NCBI GenBank assembly: GCA_020628915.1
Contig: JAHDEI010000003.1
Span: forward strand, 1,859-65,858
Origin: Minisyncoccota bacterium
GTDB lineage: Bacteria; Patescibacteriota; Minisyncoccia; Phycocordibacterales; GCA-2747955
Length of the DNA: 64,000 nucleotides
Direction of reading: 5' to 3'
Positions 57,892 through 64,000 of this stretch are shown piece after piece. The notes below the pieces were generated by a model, which saw only the letters and a list, made by a program, of their open reading frames with translations, was not told the origin of the DNA and searched no databases. The position numbers and the translations under genes are program-made. Every line of letters starts with the position of its first letter. Position 1 is the stretch's first letter.

Positions 57892-58896
57892 ATGGCTGGC
57901 GAACCAAACAATTTTAATAATGATCCCAACAAACCACACGTTGATGCGGATTCTTTTGGTAAACAATATGAACAACAAAAAGAAGCAGTCGCAGAAAAAA
58001 CAGGGGATGAACTATTAAGAGAAAAACAACAACAAAAGAAACAAAAAAAGGTTGGTATTAAAACCTATCGAGATTACGCGTCAGAAGAATTAAGAAAGGG
58101 GGGTGGTTCGTTAACCAAGATGATTATTAAAGAGCGAGAACGCGAGCGTGAGCAGAAAAGACATTCGGTCAAGAACTCAAAAAATTTACTGATGACCTTT
58201 TTAGCGATCCTTTTCATTGTTATTGGTATTGGAATCGTTGGGCTCTCGTTTGTTCTCGTGTCGCAGAAAAAGGCTGAGCTAGATGAAAAGTCTTCGATCG
58301 TGATTACACCTGATCCATTACTCATTAACGACTTTAGAAAAGAAATTTACATCCCTAAGCCAACTAAATCAAAATTGATTCGCGCAACAACCGATGAAGT
58401 TGAAGAAACCAGTATCCCTATTGGTGCGGTAAAACATATTTATTTTGTTGAAGATAATAGCGATGGGTTTAAGGAGTTAATTGATACAACAGAGTTTATG
58501 AGATTACTAGAGGCAAAGGTGCCTGGCTCTTTATATCGAACGCTCGATAGTAATTTTATGTATGGTGTGCATTCCAGGGCAGATGGAAATTCTCCGTTTA
58601 TGATTTTCAAAGTCTCTTCTTATTCGACAGCATATTCAGCGATTTTGACATGGGAGGCATCGTTAGCACGTGATTTTGAAGACATTTTCAATCGAGATTT
58701 CTCAGACACTTCTAGATTCTTTTTTGAGGACATTGTGTTGTACAACACGGATGTTCGAGCTCTTCTGAATGACCAAGGGGAGGTAATCTTCGGATATGCG
58801 TTCTTGCAAGACAAAAATACTCTTGTAATTTTTGAAAACAAGCTCTCTCTGCGTGAGATAATTACAAGAATGCAAAGGAATACTATTAAGCAATAG
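57892..58896 (+). CDS. Single-TM membrane protein
   Basis: Charged N-terminus, one TM, large external domain. Confidence 0.65.
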   Translation: MAGEPNNFNNDPNKPHVDADSFGKQYEQQKEAVAEKTGDELLREKQQQKKQKKVGIKTYRDYASEELRKGGGSLTKMIIKEREREREQKRHSVKNSKNLLMTFLAILFIVIGIGIVGLSFVLVSQKKAELDEKSSIVITPDPLLINDFRKEIYIPKPTKSKLIRATTDEVEETSIPIGAVKHIYFVEDNSDGFKELIDTTEFMRLLEAKVPGSLYRTLDSNFMYGVHSRADGNSPFMIFKVSSYSTAYSAILTWEASLARDFEDIFNRDFSDTSRFFFEDIVLYNTDVRALLNDQGEVIFGYAFLQDKNTLVIFENKLSLREIITRMQRNTIKQ

Positions 58897-58964
58897 ATAC
58901 AAAAAATTGCCAGTTTAGAAACTTTGTTGCAAAAATATTTTTGATGTGATAATCTTTCGGAATT

Positions 58965-59678
58965 ATGACAAGCAACAACGGACAAACTATCTACGAACTT
59001 GGGTTTTTGTTAGTTCCATCTCTAACCGAAAACGAAGTTGCGACAATGGTAGGAACACTTAAAGATACGATTTCAAAAGATGGATCAATCCTTTCTGAAG
59101 GATCGGTAGTTTTTATTGATTTAGCATACGAAATGGTTAAGAAAATTAAATCAAAGAACGAACGATTTGATCAGGCACATTTTGGATGGATTAAATTTAC
59201 TATGGACGGCTCTTCAGTTTCTGGACTTGATAAGGCGTTAAAAGCTCATGATGACTTGCTACGATTCTTGGTCATTAAAACAGTAGAAGATGATGCTGTG
59301 ACTGATTTGTTTGAGCTTGAGGATACAGAAGAATCAGCGCCAGTTGATCTTAATAAAGGTGTTGATATGGGAGATGACAAGGCAGATGACAAGACAGATA
59401 AGAAAGAAGAGGTATCTGAAGAAAAAGTAGAAGGAGACGACCTAACAAAAATCGAAGGAATCGGTCCAAAAATCGCAGAAACACTAACGGCAGCAGGAGT
59501 ATCTACATTTGCTGAACTATCAAAAACAGATTCAGATAAAATCCAAGAAATCATTGCAGATGTACGAGGAAACCACGTATCAGATACATGGCCAAAACAA
59601 GCATCTATGGCAGCAGAAGGTAAATGGGATGAACTGAAGGCTTGGCAAGATGAGATGGACGGGGGTCGTGAATCTTAG
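58965..59678 (+). CDS. rpsF: 30S ribosomal protein S6 fused to an acidic linker and a helix-hairpin-helix (DUF4332-like) domain
   Basis: YELGFLL.P, LAYEM.K, LLRFLVIK; C-terminal DDLTKIEGIGPK. Confidence 0.85.
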   Translation: MTSNNGQTIYELGFLLVPSLTENEVATMVGTLKDTISKDGSILSEGSVVFIDLAYEMVKKIKSKNERFDQAHFGWIKFTMDGSSVSGLDKALKAHDDLLRFLVIKTVEDDAVTDLFELEDTEESAPVDLNKGVDMGDDKADDKTDKKEEVSEEKVEGDDLTKIEGIGPKIAETLTAAGVSTFAELSKTDSDKIQEIIADVRGNHVSDTWPKQASMAAEGKWDELKAWQDEMDGGRES

Positions 59679-59759
59679 TTTGTAAACCAAACATAGATTC
59701 TGATGTCGATGTAAGGAAGTAAAAGGACTATAAAGAAAAAACACGACGCATGTCGTGTT

Positions 59760-60155
59760 TTATAGTTCTCCTCGCTTTTTGTGTTTAGGGCCTCGAAAGT
59801 ACCTTTTTACACCAAAAACAATGGTCATGTCTTTGTCGTAAAAGCATAAAAATTTAGATTCAACATTTGATTTAAAATCAGATGGATGTGCGAATCCTTC
59901 TACAAAGATGGCCTCTGGATTTTCCTCAACTAAAGTACGAATAATTACAGTGCGCTCCTTGTTGTTAACTTCAGTCACCGCTTTCTCAAGTATCTCTGCG
60001 GTTAAGTCTGTGCACTCACATGGTGTGGGGCACCGGACGTCTCTAGAAGTTTTTTTACCCATAGAGAAACTTGAAATAAGTTCTTTGTGGTTGGTTATTC
60101 CATGATACCCAAGAAGAAGTAACAGACAAATGATACATGTCTTAAATGATTGCAT
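59760..60155 (-). CDS. Hypothetical secreted or membrane protein
   Basis: N-terminal hydrophobic segment, CPTPCEC; SD AGGAGGT. Confidence 0.55.
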   Translation of the reverse strand: MQSFKTCIICLLLLLGYHGITNHKELISSFSMGKKTSRDVRCPTPCECTDLTAEILEKAVTEVNNKERTVIIRTLVEENPEAIFVEGFAHPSDFKSNVESKFLCFYDKDMTIVFGVKRYFRGPKHKKRGEL

Positions 60156-60243
60156 AACGACCTCCTAATGTAACTATACATTAAATTTTGTAAAAGTATA
60201 TATTGTTGGAGAATAAAACTGATCAAGATATAATGTAGCAACT

Positions 60244-60687
60244 ATGAATGTAAACAAAGCAATTATTGTGGGTCGAATCACAAACGATTTGGAACTAAAA
60301 ACCACAACAACAGGGAGAGAAGTAGTCTCATTTGGGGTGGCTACAAACAGAACATGGAAAGACCAGTCTGGTCAAAAGCAAGAAAAGACTGAATACCACA
60401 ACATTGTTGCGTGGGGAGCACAGGCAAAGACAGTTGCACAATACTTTGTTAAAGGACAAGAAATTTATGTAGAAGGACGTCTTGAGACAAGAAACTGGGA
60501 CGATGAAGGATCTGGTAAAAAGATGTACAGAACTGAAATCGTTTTAGAACGATTCGAGTTCGGAGCAAAACCAGGAGGATATGGAGGAGGTGGATCAGCT
60601 GCAGCTGCACCAACGCCGAGTGAAAATAAGGTTCCTGAAATTCAGTACCCAACTGAAGAAATTAATCCCGACGACATCCCATTCTAA
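60244..60687 (+). CDS. ssb: Single-stranded DNA-binding protein
   Basis: OB fold VNK.I.VGR, VEGRL.TR.W; C-terminal DDIPF. Confidence 0.97.
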   Translation: MNVNKAIIVGRITNDLELKTTTTGREVVSFGVATNRTWKDQSGQKQEKTEYHNIVAWGAQAKTVAQYFVKGQEIYVEGRLETRNWDDEGSGKKMYRTEIVLERFEFGAKPGGYGGGGSAAAAPTPSENKVPEIQYPTEEINPDDIPF

Positions 60688-60794
60688 ATATATTGGCAAA
60701 TTTCTTTGTTGATTTTGAAAAAATTCCACTCACTGTACAAGATGTATACCTTCGTGGAATTTTTTCTTATTCCTTGGAAATTAACTCAATGTAT
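60688..60794 (-). repeat. Nested palindromic element (REP/RPE-like)
   Basis: GAAAAAATTCCAC/GTGGAATTTTTTC stem around an inner GTATAC/GTACA hairpin; architecture like 53896-54019. Confidence 0.5.
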
Positions 60795-60833
60795 TGAGAA
60801 TGAAAAATAGGAATTTTGTTATACTTCGTTTCA

Positions 60834-61469
60834 ATGAAAGCAATTATTTTTGATGTAGACGGGGTTTTGCTCGATTCATTACCTGCTCATTTGGCTATCT
60901 GCAGAGACTTAGCACGAAAATACGAGTTAGATCTAGATATTCCTGATAAAGATGTGTTTGTTAAGGATATTGTAAGTAAAGGGGTCAAAATTAGCCCTAT
61001 GGAGGATTTTTTTAAGGCTGTTGGATTTCCAGACAAACAGGCTCAACAAGCAAATGAATATTACAGTCAGCACTTTTCTACCGAATATGAAGTGTTCCCT
61101 TTCGTTTTTGTACCTGAAGCAATTAAAAAATTACGGCAGGAGGGCTATGTGTTAGGAATTGTTACCTCAAACGTTTTAAAAAATATTAAAGTGCCACTGG
61201 AGGGTATATTTGATTTTTTTGACGAAAATCTTGTGTTTGCTAAAGACTCATTTTCAAACTACACAAAAGACAAAGCACTTCGCATGGCCGCTGTTAGGCT
61301 GGGATGCGCACCCAAAGATCTTTTATACATAGGGGATCAGCTTGCAGATTACAAAGCTGCACATCAAATAGGCACACTGTTTGTGGGAACTACTTATGGA
61401 TGGGGAATTACGAAAGATGATAGAAAATTTAAAATAATTGATTCACTAGACGAGTTGTTAGAAATATAA
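60834..61469 (+). CDS. HAD-family hydrolase
   Basis: IFDVDGVLLDS, IVTSN, YIGDQ..D. Confidence 0.88.
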   Translation: MKAIIFDVDGVLLDSLPAHLAICRDLARKYELDLDIPDKDVFVKDIVSKGVKISPMEDFFKAVGFPDKQAQQANEYYSQHFSTEYEVFPFVFVPEAIKKLRQEGYVLGIVTSNVLKNIKVPLEGIFDFFDENLVFAKDSFSNYTKDKALRMAAVRLGCAPKDLLYIGDQLADYKAAHQIGTLFVGTTYGWGITKDDRKFKIIDSLDELLEI

Positions 61470-61538
61470 TTTTGCAATATAGTTTGTAAACTGTAAAAAC
61501 TGTTGCGAGAGTAGAATCAATTTGTTATGATACCGGGC

Positions 61539-61745
61539 ATGAAAAACAAGACATGTCACTTTGAGGAAAACAATATCACTCACATTGATTACAAAGACGT
61601 AAAAACTTTAAAAAAGTTTACAAATGCGCACGGTCGAATGATTGCGGCACGACACACAGGGGTTAAGGCAAAATCACAACGGCAGTTGGCAAGAGCAATC
61701 AAAAATTCACGATTTCTTGGACTACTACCATTTGTTCAATCTTAA
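61539..61745 (+). CDS. rpsR: 30S ribosomal protein S18
   Basis: IDYKDV..LKKF, TGV.AK.QR.LARAIK..R.LGLLP. Confidence 0.95.
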   Translation: MKNKTCHFEENNITHIDYKDVKTLKKFTNAHGRMIAARHTGVKAKSQRQLARAIKNSRFLGLLPFVQS

Positions 61746-61957
61746 ATATAATAAAAATAACGACTACCCTGTCGTTATTTTTATTACGTCCCCACAGTTA
61801 TTCTTTGTGTAGTCCGCCCCCACTATCTAAATCTGTAAGAAGTAAATATTGTAGTCAGAAAATATAAAGAGGGTTATCCAGTAAGCTATCAAGGTAAAAA
61901 TGACACAAAAAGTTGTAGCTACCAAAATTGATTTTAGAAGATTTAGTAATTTCATTG

Positions 61958-62524
61958 CTATTCCTTAAATCTCTCTACATATTCGCCCTTTTCAGTATTA
62001 ACAACCAGCTTCTCTCCCTCTGTTATAAACAATGGGGTAGTGACTTCCAGTCCATTTTCTAGAACCACTTTCTTGGTGGCACCAGTTGCAGTGTTTCCTT
62101 TGACTGCAGGGGGAGCCTCAACCACAGTGAGAACTACTTTAATTGGAATTTTAATGCCAATCACCTCCTCATCGAAGTAAACTCCTTTGACTACATCGTT
62201 TTCTTTTAAATATTGGAGCTTGTCTTCCAAAACGTTTTGAGAAAGCATAAATCGATCTTTCGGATCTCCATCAACACAAAACCAAATTTCTGACCCTTTT
62301 TGGTATAGGTATTTAATGTCTTTGTTTTCAATCTCTGCTTCGGCAACTGAGTCAGATGCATGAAACGTTTTTTCGATAGTTTTACCTGAAATAAGAGATT
62401 TGATTTTAGTTTGGTTGTGAGGTTTCCCTCGGTTCTTTTTTGCGATATTAGATTCTTGTACTTCGTATGGCTCTCCGTCCAGCACAATGTATTTTCGCGG
62501 TTTAATTTCATTGTAATCTAGCAT
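61958..62524 (-). CDS. efp: Translation elongation factor P
   Basis: PAVKGNTATGATK, PLFI..GE...VNT..GEY.ER. Confidence 0.92.
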   Translation of the reverse strand: MLDYNEIKPRKYIVLDGEPYEVQESNIAKKNRGKPHNQTKIKSLISGKTIEKTFHASDSVAEAEIENKDIKYLYQKGSEIWFCVDGDPKDRFMLSQNVLEDKLQYLKENDVVKGVYFDEEVIGIKIPIKVVLTVVEAPPAVKGNTATGATKKVVLENGLEVTTPLFITEGEKLVVNTEKGEYVERFKE

Positions 62525-62633
62525 AATCAAAAGATTTTAACATAACAAAAATTATATTAGATCATAAAAATAGTATTTGACAAGTAAAACTAACGTACTA
62601 TATACTATATATGTAAAATAAGTATTTAATATT

Positions 62634-63239
62634 ATGTTTTCATCAAAAGAATCTGCTGCTCAAGAAAGGTATACAAAACAAGAATCAAACATGACTAATA
62701 AAGTGGCAAAGGCTCTTAATTTGTATCAACAGCAGCTTGATGAACAATACATTAAAACACAAGGGGTTGAAAATATTTTTGATGACTCTGATTTAATGGA
62801 AAAAACTACATATCACAAAGATGGAACTGAATCCCAAGAAATAAGAAAGGCAAGTGAAGTCCTGAAAAATGATATTGAACGAGAGTATGATGATAAATAC
62901 AATCGAGACATTTTGGCATTGTACGACACGATGTCATCAGAAGAGAAAGACCTGTTTGATAAAGCAGCACGACTTCAGGAACAGTATCAACCTGAATTGT
63001 CGGAAGAAGAAATAGAGAGAATCAAAGAGAATGGACTTCATGAGGCAGTTAGTATTGCAAGAGATATTGAAGATCAAGATGGTGGATTTTTAAGAAGTAT
63101 AAATAGGGTTAGAGAAAATCTTGCAAAAATTAGTAAAAGTTCTCGACAGGAATCAGCGAGCAAGAACTTTCAGGTAATAGCAGAGGATGAAAGATTTGAA
63201 ATTGACGCTAGAAGCACCGACATCGGGAGTAATTCATAG
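62634..63239 (+). CDS. Hypothetical charged helical protein
   Basis: 201 aa ORF with TTGACA/TATACT promoter. Confidence 0.6.
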   Translation: MFSSKESAAQERYTKQESNMTNKVAKALNLYQQQLDEQYIKTQGVENIFDDSDLMEKTTYHKDGTESQEIRKASEVLKNDIEREYDDKYNRDILALYDTMSSEEKDLFDKAARLQEQYQPELSEEEIERIKENGLHEAVSIARDIEDQDGGFLRSINRVRENLAKISKSSRQESASKNFQVIAEDERFEIDARSTDIGSNS

Positions 63240-63272
63240 AAAATAATAAAAGTCCGCAATTGCGGACTTTTA

Positions 63273-64000
63273 TTATTTTTCTTCTCGCATGCCTTTCCTG
63301 ATTGCTTTAAGGATATCGTTTCGGTCTTTCTTGTTTTCTTTGAGCCACTGTCTGGTTTTATCGTACCCAACGGCCATTTTGGTTTCACCGTAGTAGTATG
63401 TTGCTTTTTGTTTTTCGATGATTCCAAATTTTTCTCCCAGTGCAATAATTTCTCCCTCTTGAGAGATACCCTCGTTATACATGAGATCAAATTCAGTCTT
63501 TTTAAACGGTGGGGCAACTTTGTTTTTTACAACCTTTACTCGTACTCTACCCCCAACTACTTCTTCACCTTTCTTAATCTGTGCGATTCGGCGAACGTCT
63601 AGACGAACTGACGAGTAGAATTTGAGTGCTTTTCCACCAGGTGTTGTTTCCGGTGACCCAAACATAACTCCAATTTTCATTCTCAGCTGGTTAATAAAAA
63701 TTACTGTTGTGTTTGATTTAGCCACAATCGCCGTCAGTTTTCGTAAAGCTTGAGACATCAATCGTGCTTGTTTCCCAACATGGTGTGCACCCATTTCTCC
63801 TTCGATCTCATCTTTCGGGGTTAGTGCAGCAACCGAGTCGATCACAACAATGTCTACTTTTCCAGATCGCACGAGAGATTCTGTGATCTCAAGTGCTTGT
63901 TCTCCAGTATCTGGTTGTGATACTAGTAGCTCATCGGTTTTAACACCTATGTTCTTTGCGTAGATCGGGTCCAACGCATGCTCTGCGTCAATAAATGCAC
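63273..64000 (-). CDS. recA: RecA (5'-truncated by window edge)
   Basis: [47 protein letters not shown]. Confidence 0.98.
   Translation of the reverse strand, partial: AFIDAEHALDPIYAKNIGVKTDELLVSQPDTGEQALEITESLVRSGKVDIVVIDSVAALTPKDEIEGEMGAHHVGKQARLMSQALRKLTAIVAKSNTTVIFINQLRMKIGVMFGSPETTPGGKALKFYSSVRLDVRRIAQIKKGEEVVGGRVRVKVVKNKVAPPFKKTEFDLMYNEGISQEGEIIALGEKFGIIEKQKATYYYGETKMAVGYDKTRQWLKENKKDRNDILKAIRKGMREEK

Noticed and set aside
1-64000. CRISPR array, diversity-generating retroelement or IS element
   Set aside because: No regularly spaced repeats, reverse transcriptase or transposase recognised; the 237-bp repeat is identical rather than adenine-variable

Overview
Chromosomal window of a small-genome, AT-rich bacterium, very likely a Patescibacteria/CPR (Parcubacteria-like) organism; this is inferred from gene content and no marker rRNA is present. 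Housekeeping genes include pgk (3' end), cca, xth, ahpC, miaA, uvrD/pcrA, rsmA, clpP, pyrH, a Xer recombinase, guaB, rpsO, rpsF, ssb, rpsR, efp and recA (3' part), plus tRNA-Gly(TCC) and tRNA-Arg(TCG). They are interleaved with accessory cassettes. The main discovery is two type III hammerhead ribozymes (23105-23153 and 47735-47789) with an identical 24-nt core and covarying stems. Each lies inside an operon just after a lipoprotein gene, in the same arrangement: stop codon, hairpin, hammerhead, boxA-like motif, hairpin array, Shine-Dalgarno. One separates the substrate-binding gene from the permease/ATPase genes of an ABC transporter in a locus that also encodes an AAA+ ATPase, SBP-OmpA fusions, a vWA lipoprotein and TelA. 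Second, the window shows two expression grammars: core genes are leaderless or lack an SD, while about 27 accessory genes have SD sequences, often with canonical TTGAC-17-TATAAT promoters. Also seen: parS-like palindromes embedded in pgk/cca, a DnaA-box-like cluster, tRNA-Gly with A73, a surface-protein gene with strong CGA-Arg bias matching tRNA-Arg(UCG), an RNAP alpha-CTD-like orphan, an S6-HhH fusion and palindromic repeat elements. All calls come from reading the sequence by eye; no searches were run.
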